From positions 7,817 to 71,816 of the forward strand of contig JAIUMY010000001.1 in the NCBI GenBank assembly GCA_022565335.1: a DNA stretch of 64,000 bases. The letters are read 5' to 3'. Both the position numbers and the translations under genes were made by a program. The stretch is from Opitutales bacterium. Lineage in GTDB: Bacteria > Verrucomicrobiota > Verrucomicrobiia > Opitutales > T3Sed10-336. Under the pieces are notes generated by a model that was given only the letters and a program-made list of their open reading frames with translations, made no database searches and had not been told where the DNA came from. This document shows positions 50,901 through 58,069 of the stretch, piece by piece. Position 1 is the stretch's first letter. Every line of letters starts with the position of its first letter.

Positions 50901-51947
50901 CGCTTTCCACATAACCTGCAAAGGTTGGTTCCCCTCACTCTGACCTATAGTAAACGAAACCTGCGTGAGGAGGCTTTTGAGGATTTATTAAACAAGCTCG
51001 CCGAGGTTGATTGGCATAGAGACCCCAATGGCAATTGGATTGATATGGTTCGGTGGGAACGGTCCCGCCTCCTCAACCGCCGCGGGGAAATGGAAAGCCC
51101 CTATGTCGCCAAAATGGTCTTTCCCCATCAAACCGGAACAGTCCCCGATTTTACCTATGAGATATCCGGTGTTTATCCCGAAGACCGGTCTTTTGCTTCC
51201 CCATACTGGAGAACCAACTGGACCTACGGAGAGCATTTCACCGCGCTGGATGCCAAGTACAATCTTCATGTAACTTTTCACCGTTCTACTGGGGATGACC
51301 CTCATCATACGATGGTCATCCTTTCCGCTCCAGCCTCGGGATTTGTTCCTATTCCGACCCCGGAAAGAAACTCTTATATCAAACTCAGTCTGGTCGATCC
51401 GGAATCGGGAGAAACCGTTTTCACCCAAAACAAAATGGGCTCGTTGCACCCTTCCGGTCACTCCCTCTGGCGAATCGAGCCAGGTTCCTGGCGCGAGAAT
51501 GAAGAACTCCAATTGAAAATGCCTCCCTTTGGTCCGAGCGAAGGGACCATCAGCCCCTTTTCCGACCAGCCATCCATGCGGGTTGAGGGATACCATGACG
51601 ACCGCGGCCAAATCGCCCATTCGCCGATGATTTCGGTGGAACAACAAGATGAGTTATTCGTTTGGAGCCTGATCCGCCGCGACCGTATGGCGTCCAGCAG
51701 CACACTGAACATCGTATTCTATGACGAAGAGCTACAAGAGATCGGCCGCCGGGATATAACCAACATCGCGAACTTACCCACCCCGGGGCGGTGGACCGTG
51801 GTTCATCAGAGCTATCACCGTCAAGAAGCGAACCGGAGGGGCCAATATCCCGCCAACACGGCCTATGCACAAATCATCGTTTCCGGCCGGGGAGCTTTGT
51901 CCATCGCCTACCTCGACCTCATCGCCATTGAGAAAGAGGAGGAATAA
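44949..51947 (+). CDS. Giant secreted TPR-repeat protein (2332 aa)
   Basis: Signal peptide MMRKRTLLPLLLTLLFLPSLFA. Many 34-aa A/L/Y/W-patterned repeats. ATGA overlap with the upstream gene. Confidence 0.8.
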   Translation: MMRKRTLLPLLLTLLFLPSLFADEALPGDIQRYEQMLLQAPGPSPAFDRVYQHYQNQRHLDGLQQRWEEALADEPEQAAAYHFLLGLLAEQRSDLSQARQHLTQATETDPQLSTAFQRLAEIHLRTGALNEAVTAYENALRGPLSANEEQQILLELGRIHLRLADPDSAKGTWGALLRRFPDDPYVFEEIGEAFLYAGQFEDSRGILRAMAANPSTDPFRRLQALLRIGETYDYQGHWKEALEYFESVLNQSQPDSWLQRQALEKIEELYTRGGQTEQFVQFLENRLDNQPDLFTARRLQQVLIRLGETEQAHQWLRQMASWAPDNDDLQAELAALLIEEKQWNEAEEILLRLTRRHPENWRYWETLGSFYLKRNQDGDRQKATETWSQLVDPDTTAVHPFIRLGELYDRYGWEEEALQSFQQGLARDPRDFSLREKTGLYLMDLGREEEAWKVLRGENDELPRARDYYRLAQLKERFEKPDGALRALRRGLQLEPHNYPLLQRKWQFLSNDDQWAEALTLIPRMEKALPSERHASSLDRLHRLTLVRTGQLDEYFEALTATYGKSVGTNTPMPESDLRFFLFLIPWQGESEEKAKIIDQALVWYPEAPFVWEGQYQIARAEEDTETMEHASRELITHRPGRTAEWLRRWAQDLLTLKEKERALKVAAEWQQYQPTNPDVYLLRADILYRKGRNEEGNHALRQAIPFSNEPELLHQRLTEAYGEQGRWRDAAELMQETFAALPSRSQRLTMLDRMVEIHPLTGKTDSFMDLFFQRFPELTQGPDFHLYRSEIYYAKGKPEAARRELERASAMDPEDSATIEAFIRQALEEEDLDEAIRQTRNLLSQASSPETELQLAKRLLQNREVDEALTILQRHGRLLAGDQEQWPVFLELIHDTQDRLQLAHILYDHRNWLEDSWSARIALAELFLREVSLEKAEALFWQVYDTEPRDRFSEEEEAFPSGNVTSRGHPASREFYSTTRAFTEARRQITNTQRIFRSTRARQRPPQARSNLLETNLPPRAEARSQALGYLIGIALIQGEEEAFINKLNEHHRERDIPLHHVVWDKLRIGLFDEAFFETLDKIIADPDLANPDWVALFHPYLRREYHSLEDLDLIKAFTKRQVALNGTTRDSLYEHYFRDTYDEWLMAAYHRNLSVSEEEINQVLEEAEEILGKDSRHYQLFDRARFIAAVYHQNYDTVREKIPAVLEQASRNRGSLAEHLLYDFIRLSTADQHPLTPEQLEVIPYFLPHLRAIRAHDNRNYRLTEDYFTIPVLHSNAVSPPLLHPLYLLFQRHQHEGTEQDLIEAFTWKPESWPSDSSRRTHQILRFFLYLWSGDEQTIPYGEKLLAESRDLGVSLNLALLYHEKGNTERALDLLHEFDSTNFGLYPTVQWKTITLAQGEERFQPIARAALERLEENWSRHRRRLSVSLEDLYHKAGLGEEWDQRQQAKAEAEAEAKAEAEAKAQKKKEAARPETSAPEVTSSSPSPPEPLPRPTREPIDLSTTPVWESAHSRLRETSDPIERVRLARELLQTAPLGFRDETVTANNRLHYGSNTHIRRLLVAKIYALRVLHQENEREAFLQELVDQHQARPTSLPTIARIIEAIEFSDPPLPKDTLPSGKGLAHYYRAALKVQPNHSYFEESFGLYAHANEEWGQLADFYADRVKRNPYLVLQNEDPKIFEAYAKAGRVSEVVDQFLENELFQLRLDRLGFERIFFLRNNFREIREHLESHGLYDELFPLEKFQIQELNTGRATFSYVWLLRHGQNFGLTESDHLEILRTFFAPTQIVDPPIYHTTTRSTTFLQSFSEWMLPRKLWKQHSFLVDPFLLLREAEPAALKDFWAEWQNDYGTQKGLSAEVLLQGALLSHQLEDPAFPELFKRLARLVQYTYGEENRKYFHQTYFLPLLKTPGIRKASPEQRHEFALALRPNSSRRGAFQWMTGEQPFRALPAWQRLEKNHLLGQEEEAYNLSRHLLEQLMSNGRFPHNLQRLVPLTLTYSKRNLREEAFEDLLNKLAEVDWHRDPNGNWIDMVRWERSRLLNRRGEMESPYVAKMVFPHQTGTVPDFTYEISGVYPEDRSFASPYWRTNWTYGEHFTALDAKYNLHVTFHRSTGDDPHHTMVILSAPASGFVPIPTPERNSYIKLSLVDPESGETVFTQNKMGSLHPSGHSLWRIEPGSWRENEELQLKMPPFGPSEGTISPFSDQPSMRVEGYHDDRGQIAHSPMISVEQQDELFVWSLIRRDRMASSSTLNIVFYDEELQEIGRRDITNIANLPTPGRWTVVHQSYHRQEANRRGQYPANTAYAQIIVSGRGALSIAYLDLIAIEKEEE

Positions 51948-52051
51948 TCGCCGTTATTCAAAATGATGAAAAGACGAATCCTCGCCGACCACACATCTCC
52001 TTTCCGGCTCGACCTTATCGCTTTGGGTGCCATAAAGTAGGCTTTTCTGGA

Positions 52052-54595
52052 ATGCACGAAAAGGAAGCCACAGCTCGGATCAAAATCAACCGCCTCCTCG
52101 AAGAAGCGGGCTGGCGCTTTTTCGCTGAAGGCGGACAAATGGCCAATATTCAACTCGAACCTGCCATTCCCATCCAATCCACCGACCTGGAAAATCTCGG
52201 CGAGGATTTTGAGAAAACGAAAAAAGGGTTCGTTGATTTTCTCCTCCTCGACTCCAAAGGCTTCCCCCTTCTCGTCCTCGAAGCCAAGGCTGAAGGCAAA
52301 AACCCACTGGTGGGCAAGGAACAGGCCCGAAAATATGCCCGCTCCCAAAACTGCCGGTTTGTCATCCTCTCCAACGGCAATCTGCACTACTTTTGGGATC
52401 TCGAACGGGGCAACCCCTACCTGATCACCACATTTCCTTCACCGGTTTCCGTCGAGGGCTACCGGCAAACCGTTGCCCCCGACCCCAAACGCCTCGCCGC
52501 CGAACCAGTTAAGGACGACTATATTGTTTTGACCCAAAGACCCGGCTATGAGAGCGAGGCCGCCTGGAAGAACGAAACCGAGCGCCCCGACTTTATCCGC
52601 GAAAACAAGCTCTGCTTTCTTCGCCCCTACCAACTCAAAGCCCTCCACCGCCTTCAGTCCACCGTCGGCGCTAGCAAGGACCGCTTCCTCTTCGAAATGG
52701 CCACCGGCACTGGCAAGACTCTCACCGCTGCCGCCGTCATCAAACTCTTTCTCCGCACCGGCAACGCCCGCCGGGTGCTTTTTCTCGTGGACCGCCTCGA
52801 GCTGGAGGACCAGGCCAAAAAAGCCTTCTCCGGCCTTCTCTCCGCTGATTTCCAAACCGTCATCTATAAGGAAAACCGCGACGACTGGCGGAGGGCCGAG
52901 ATTGTCGTCACCACCGTCCAGTCACTTCTCTTCAATAATAAATTCCAGCGGCTCTTTTCTCCAACCGATTTCGACCTCGTGATTTCCGATGAAGCCCATC
53001 GCTCCATCGGCGGTAATGCCCGTGCGGTCTTTGAATACTTTATCGGCTACAAACTGGGGCTCACCGCTACCCCCAGGGACTACCTGCGCAAGTTTGACCC
53101 GGACCAAACCACGACCAAAGACCCGCGCGAGACCGAACGTCGCCTTCTCCTCGACACCTACCGCACCTTTGGATGCGAGAGTGGCCAACCAACTTTCCGC
53201 TACTCCCTCCTCGATGGGGTCAAAGACGGTTACCTCATCAACCCCACCGTCGTGGATGCCCGCTCTGAGATCAGCACCCAACTCCTTTCCGAAAGCGGCT
53301 TTGTCGTTACCGTCACCGACGACACCGGAGAGGACAAAGAAGAGGCCTATCGCCAACGCGAATTCGAAAAACGCTTTTTCTCCGATGCCACCAATCAGGT
53401 TTTCTGCAAAGCCTTTCTCGAAAACGCCCTCCGCGATCCGGTCAGCGGCGAAATCGGCAAGTCCATCATCTTCGCCGTCAGCCAAAACCATGCTGCCAAA
53501 CTCGCCCAAGTGCTCAACGAGATGGCCCACCGCATGTTTCCCGGCAAATACCAGTCCGACTTCGCCGTGCAGGTCACATCCTCCATTCCCGATGCCCAGC
53601 AGTTCACCATTAACTTCGCCAACAACAACCTCCTCGGCTCCGGCAACTTCATTCCCGCCTACAAAACGAGCAAGGCCCGCGTCTGCGTCACCGTCGGCAT
53701 GATGACCACCGGTTACGATTGCACCGACATCCTCAACCTCGGCCTCTTCCGTCCCATCTTCTCGCCCACCGATTTCATCCAGATCAAGGGCCGCGGAACC
53801 CGCAAACATAACTTCCTCGAACACCTCTTCGAAGATTCCCTCCGGGACGTTATCACGGAACCAACCAAGACCGCCTTCAAACTCTTCGATTTCTTCGCCA
53901 ACTGCGAATACTTCGAGGAAGAATTCAACTACGACGAAGTGCTCAAGCTCCCCCCACCCCGGAAGAAAGGGGGCAAGGGCGGTGTCGATGATGGCCCCAC
54001 CGCCCCCGACGGACTCTACGAGCACCTTGGTGACGACCTCATCGCCACCGTCAAAGAGGAAGCCATCGGCGAAGACGGGATGAAAATCGACCGCATGTTC
54101 TTCGAGAAATTCGAAGAAACCGTGCGCGAGGACCCCGAAATCGTCAGCGCCGTCGAAGCCGGCCAGTGGGACCGCGTCATCGACTACGTCAACCGCGAGG
54201 TCTTCGACAAACCCGAGGAATACTACAACCTCGAGAAACTCCGCAAAGCCGCCTCCGTGGACCGCCGGGTGACCCTGCGCGAGATTCTGGAAAAAGTCTT
54301 CGGACTCATTCCCCGCTTCAAAATGAAGGACGAGTTACTCGAAGAGGAATTCGCCAAATTCGTCACCGACCACACCCCTGACGAGCCGACCACCATCCCT
54401 GCCATCAAACACTTTTTCAAAGCCTACCTTACCAGTGGACGCCTCCGCGACATCATTGACCAGCGCCACTACACCGACCTCGCCACCAACCCCGCCTTCT
54501 CCACCCGCGACTTCAAAGCCGTCCCGCCCAAATTCCGCACCCTCGTCCCCGAATACATCAAGGACTACGTCAGCCTCAACCAATTCGCAGCGTAG
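52052..54595 (+). CDS. hsdR: Type I restriction enzyme R subunit (COG4096/EcoEI-like)
   Basis: N-terminal nuclease core VDFLLLD..LVLEAK. Helicase motif I EMATGTGKT and motif II VISDEAHRS, plus later SF2 motifs. Confidence 0.9.
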   Translation: MHEKEATARIKINRLLEEAGWRFFAEGGQMANIQLEPAIPIQSTDLENLGEDFEKTKKGFVDFLLLDSKGFPLLVLEAKAEGKNPLVGKEQARKYARSQNCRFVILSNGNLHYFWDLERGNPYLITTFPSPVSVEGYRQTVAPDPKRLAAEPVKDDYIVLTQRPGYESEAAWKNETERPDFIRENKLCFLRPYQLKALHRLQSTVGASKDRFLFEMATGTGKTLTAAAVIKLFLRTGNARRVLFLVDRLELEDQAKKAFSGLLSADFQTVIYKENRDDWRRAEIVVTTVQSLLFNNKFQRLFSPTDFDLVISDEAHRSIGGNARAVFEYFIGYKLGLTATPRDYLRKFDPDQTTTKDPRETERRLLLDTYRTFGCESGQPTFRYSLLDGVKDGYLINPTVVDARSEISTQLLSESGFVVTVTDDTGEDKEEAYRQREFEKRFFSDATNQVFCKAFLENALRDPVSGEIGKSIIFAVSQNHAAKLAQVLNEMAHRMFPGKYQSDFAVQVTSSIPDAQQFTINFANNNLLGSGNFIPAYKTSKARVCVTVGMMTTGYDCTDILNLGLFRPIFSPTDFIQIKGRGTRKHNFLEHLFEDSLRDVITEPTKTAFKLFDFFANCEYFEEEFNYDEVLKLPPPRKKGGKGGVDDGPTAPDGLYEHLGDDLIATVKEEAIGEDGMKIDRMFFEKFEETVREDPEIVSAVEAGQWDRVIDYVNREVFDKPEEYYNLEKLRKAASVDRRVTLREILEKVFGLIPRFKMKDELLEEEFAKFVTDHTPDEPTTIPAIKHFFKAYLTSGRLRDIIDQRHYTDLATNPAFSTRDFKAVPPKFRTLVPEYIKDYVSLNQFAA

Positions 54596-54600
54596 GAGAA

Positions 54601-55031
54601 ATTATGAAGGATGAATTATGAGTTATGAAGTGGTAGATGAAATACCGTGGATGGTTGAGGAGGGACAGCAGGATCTTCGAGGGCGAACGAAGGACTTTGC
54701 GCTGCGGGTGATACGGCTGTTTGGGGCACTTCCAAAGTCCACGGAAGCCCAGATTATCGGCAAGCAGGTTCTGCGGTCCGGAACTTCCGTTGGTGCCAAC
54801 TACCGCGAAGCTTGGCGTGCCCGGTCCAAAGCGGAGTTTCTTGCCAAATTAGGCGACTGCCTGAAGGAACTCGACGAAACAGCCTACTGGCTAGAACTCC
54901 TTGTTGATGCAGAAATCGTTCCTGTGGCAAAACTCAATGCCCTCCAGGATGAGACGGACCAACTCCTAGCCATCTTCACCACTATCGCCAAACACACCAA
55001 ACAAAACCCTTCATAATTCATCCCTCATAAT
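54601..55031. repeat. 21-nt inverted repeat pair enclosing the four-helix-bundle gene
   Basis: attatgaaggatgaattatga (54601-54621) is the reverse complement of tcataattcatccctcataat (55011-55031), 20/21 matching. Confidence 0.85.
54618..55016 (+). CDS. Four-helix-bundle protein (23S rRNA intervening-sequence protein family)
   Basis: KDFALRVIRL..QVLRSGTSVGANYREA..SKAEFLAKLGDCLKELDETAYWLELL, the family pattern as recalled. Confidence 0.85.
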   Translation: MSYEVVDEIPWMVEEGQQDLRGRTKDFALRVIRLFGALPKSTEAQIIGKQVLRSGTSVGANYREAWRARSKAEFLAKLGDCLKELDETAYWLELLVDAEIVPVAKLNALQDETDQLLAIFTTIAKHTKQNPS

Positions 55032-55044
55032 TCATAATTCTTCC

Positions 55045-57603
55045 ATGCTCGACTCTTCCACCAAACGCCGCATCGACACCGCCCGCGACATCCTTGTCGG
55101 CAAAGTTCCCGACCCTAAATCGCAGGTCGAGCAGATCACCATTGCCCTGATCTACAAGTTCATGGACGACATGGACGCCGAGGCCGAGGAATTCGGCGGC
55201 GAGCGCAAGTTCTTCGCGGGCGAATACGCCCGCTACGGCTGGGCCAAGCTCCTGCGCGGCGGGCTGGGCGGCCACGAGGCCCTCAACCTCTACACCGAGG
55301 CCATCGCCAAGATGCCGGAAAACCCCGGCATCCCGCCGCTCTTTCGCGACATCTTCAAGAACGCTTTCCTCCCCTACCGCGACCCCGAAACCCTCCGCGC
55401 CTTCCTCAAGATCATCGACGAGTTCGAATACGACCACTCCGAACGCCTCGGCGACGCCTTCGAATACCTCCTCTCCGTCCTCGGTTCCCAGGGCGACGCC
55501 GGACAATTCCGCACCCCCCGCCACATCATCGACTTCATCGTCGAACTCCTCGACCCGAAAAAACACGAAACCATTCTCGACCCCGCCTGCGGCACCGCCG
55601 GTTTCCTGATTTCGGCTTACAAGCACATCCTCAAAAACAACAGCACCCCCGAGGCGGTTGAAGACAAACCCGTCGATGAAAACGACAAAGCCGCCCTGGA
55701 CTCCTCCCGCATCCCGCCCGCCCGCGGTGACCTCCTCACCCCCGACGAACGCGCCAACCTCGCCAAAAACATTCGGGGCTACGACATCTCCCCCGACATG
55801 GTGCGGCTCTCTCTCGTCAACCTTTACCTCCACGGCTTCAACGACCCGCACATCCACGAATACGACTCCCTCACCAGCCAGGAACGCTGGAACGAGTACT
55901 CCGACGTCATCCTCGCCAACCCGCCCTTCATGTCGCCGAAGGGCGGCATCAAGCCCCACAACCGCTTCCCCGTCCAGAGCAAGCGCAGCGAGGTACTCTT
56001 CGTCGATTACATCGCCGAGCACCTCACCCCCGGCGGACGAGCCGGGATCATCGTCCCCGAGGGTATCATCTTCCAGGGCCAGACCGCCTACAAAAACCTC
56101 CGCAAGATGCTCGTCGAGGACTCCCTCGTCGCCGTCATCTCCCTCCCCGCCGGCGTCTTCCAGCCCTATTCGGGGGTCAAAACCAGCATCCTCATCCTCG
56201 ACAAAACCCTCGCCAAACAAGCCGACACCATAGCCTTCTTCAAAGTCGAAAACGACGGCTTCGGCCTCGGCGCCCAACGGCGGCCGATTGAGAAGAACGA
56301 CCTGCCGGATGCCTTGGAGGCAATGAAGAAGTATCAACAGAAGGTTGAAGGTGGACGGATGAAGGATGAAGTGAATCCCCTCAACCCTCAACCTTCATCC
56401 CTCATCCTTGTGCCGAAATCAAAGATTTCGGCAAACGGCGAATACAACCTCAGCGGCGAGCGGTATCGGGAGGTGGTGGCGGCAAGCCATTCGTTTCCGA
56501 TAGTCCCTCTCGGCGAGAAAAGCCTGTTTCGAGTCGAAAGCGGCGGCACCCCAAAGTCTGGAGTTGAAGAGTATTGGAACGACGGCATTCCTTGGGCTAC
56601 ACTTGTCGATCTTCCGGCTACCGACTTTATTTCGGAAATAAGGGCAACCACACGCACGATCTCGGAGAAAGGGCTCCGGGCGTCCTCGGCGAAAATGATT
56701 CCGGCAAATTCGGTGATAGTCTCGACTCGTGCAACTATCGGCCGCATCGCCATCAATCGTGTTCCAATTGCAACGAACCAAGGCTTCAAGAACGTCGTGA
56801 TCGAAAACCCAACTCGGGCTATGCCTGAGTATGTGGCCTTTGCGCTCACCAAACTTGTCCCAACAATGAAAGATTGGGGAACCGGCGGTACCTTCGCAGA
56901 GATCTCAAAGACCAAGTTCTGCGAACTCCAAATCCCCCTTCCCCCGCTGGAGGTGCAGAAGGAAATCGTGGCCGAGATCGAAGGCTACCGGAAAGTCATC
57001 GACGGCGCCCGCGCCGTCCTCGACAACTACCGCCCCCACATCCCCATCCACCCCGACTGGCCAATGGTGGAGTTGGGGGAGGTGTGTGAACTCTACCAAC
57101 CAAAGACGATTGGACAGAATGACTTTGTCCCAGATGGACCGTACTTGGTTTTTGGCGCTAATGGTGTCATTGGTCGTTACAATCAATATAACCACGAGCA
57201 AGCTGAAGTCATTATTACGTGCCGAGGGGCGACATGTGGCACCGTGAACAAGTCCGAACCGAAATCATGGATAACAGGGAACGCAATGGTTGCAAAACCT
57301 AAGAATGCGAAATTATCCAAGGATTTCTTGTTCTCCTTACTGAAAGGGTCCGACTTGAGTCCGACGATTTCTGGGTCGGCGCAACCCCAGATTACACGAC
57401 AGGGTCTCGCACCTTTCAAAATTCCTCTCCCGCCCCTCGAAACCCAACGTGCTATTGTCGCCGAAATCGAAGCCGAACAAACCCTCGTCAACGCCAACCG
57501 CGACCTCATCGCCCGCATGGAAAAGAAAATCCAAGCCACCCTTGCACGGGTATGGGGAGAAGCAGAGAAGGATGATGGTGGAGGGATGAGGGATGAGGGA
57601 TGA
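55045..57603 (+). CDS. hsdM: Type I R-M methyltransferase fused in-frame to a two-TRD specificity subunit (HsdM-HsdS)
   Basis: N-terminal half has RDILVGKVPDPKSQVEQIT, DPACGTAGFL (motif I) and ILANPPFMSP (motif IV). C-terminal half has two TRDs, each followed by a conserved helix (PLPPLEVQKEIVAEIEGY, PLPPLETQRAIVAEIEAEQ). Confidence 0.85.
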   Translation: MLDSSTKRRIDTARDILVGKVPDPKSQVEQITIALIYKFMDDMDAEAEEFGGERKFFAGEYARYGWAKLLRGGLGGHEALNLYTEAIAKMPENPGIPPLFRDIFKNAFLPYRDPETLRAFLKIIDEFEYDHSERLGDAFEYLLSVLGSQGDAGQFRTPRHIIDFIVELLDPKKHETILDPACGTAGFLISAYKHILKNNSTPEAVEDKPVDENDKAALDSSRIPPARGDLLTPDERANLAKNIRGYDISPDMVRLSLVNLYLHGFNDPHIHEYDSLTSQERWNEYSDVILANPPFMSPKGGIKPHNRFPVQSKRSEVLFVDYIAEHLTPGGRAGIIVPEGIIFQGQTAYKNLRKMLVEDSLVAVISLPAGVFQPYSGVKTSILILDKTLAKQADTIAFFKVENDGFGLGAQRRPIEKNDLPDALEAMKKYQQKVEGGRMKDEVNPLNPQPSSLILVPKSKISANGEYNLSGERYREVVAASHSFPIVPLGEKSLFRVESGGTPKSGVEEYWNDGIPWATLVDLPATDFISEIRATTRTISEKGLRASSAKMIPANSVIVSTRATIGRIAINRVPIATNQGFKNVVIENPTRAMPEYVAFALTKLVPTMKDWGTGGTFAEISKTKFCELQIPLPPLEVQKEIVAEIEGYRKVIDGARAVLDNYRPHIPIHPDWPMVELGEVCELYQPKTIGQNDFVPDGPYLVFGANGVIGRYNQYNHEQAEVIITCRGATCGTVNKSEPKSWITGNAMVAKPKNAKLSKDFLFSLLKGSDLSPTISGSAQPQITRQGLAPFKIPLPPLETQRAIVAEIEAEQTLVNANRDLIARMEKKIQATLARVWGEAEKDDGGGMRDEG
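56357..56407. repeat. Cargo-less inverted repeat (hairpin) at the M/S domain junction
   Basis: ggatgaaggatgaag (56357-56371) pairs with cttcatccctcatcc (56393-56407), 14/15, with a 21-nt loop. Confidence 0.85.
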
Positions 57604-58069
57604 AGGTGCAGTGGCGGAGCCTAGCGGGAAACCCGAACGGATGGTCGCGGAAGCGGCGGCGGGGTATAAAAAAAGTCCATATAATCGAGGAAACTGACTT
57701 TAGCTTGACCTTTGAAAACTTAAATATGAACATTAGATCACCGTGGCGAAGCTGAAAAATACCAAGGATTTTATTGTCCTGCTACTGCACGCGCTAGATA
57801 AGGCGGAGCAGCCGAACCACCTCATTTCCGGGCAAACGCGGTTGATCGCGCCTATGTTTGTTTGCCCCGAAAACAGATCATTCCAGAGATGCAATCAGAA
57901 GCCGAAGATACCGGCATCGGTCTCTTGCGTTCCAAGACAACGAGGCATGGCCGTTTTCCATCGCCGTTCCAGCAAAGGAATCCCCAGTGCTCTCCCCAAA
58001 GTTACTGAACGGCCATTGAGCAGTATCTTTGATATCTATGGCGGCAACAACAAATAGAAAGCTATACCG

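Noticed and set aside
51963-52040. 25-codon ORF MMKRRILADHTSPF... just after the giant TPR gene. Its first ~30 nt resemble the start of that gene (atgatgagaaagcgaaccct at 44949).
   Set aside because: It is too short and the match too weak to distinguish a remnant paralogue start or an att-like duplication from chance.
52922-56391. Minus-strand ORFs 52922..54025 (367 aa) and 55018..56391 (457 aa).
   Set aside because: They are antisense to hsdR and hsdM. Their translations are G/E/V/A-rich repeats of the kind expected from a reverse-complemented coding frame.
57743-58057. GTG-initiated 104-aa ORF in the spacer between hsdMS and the 1267-aa gene. Its first ~30 aa (KDFIVLLLHALDKAEQPNHLISGQTRL) faintly recall YwgA/SocA-type antitoxin N-termini.
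   Set aside because: The resemblance stops after ~35 residues and the rest is low-complexity, basic sequence. At best it is a decayed pseudogene, and I cannot support a call.
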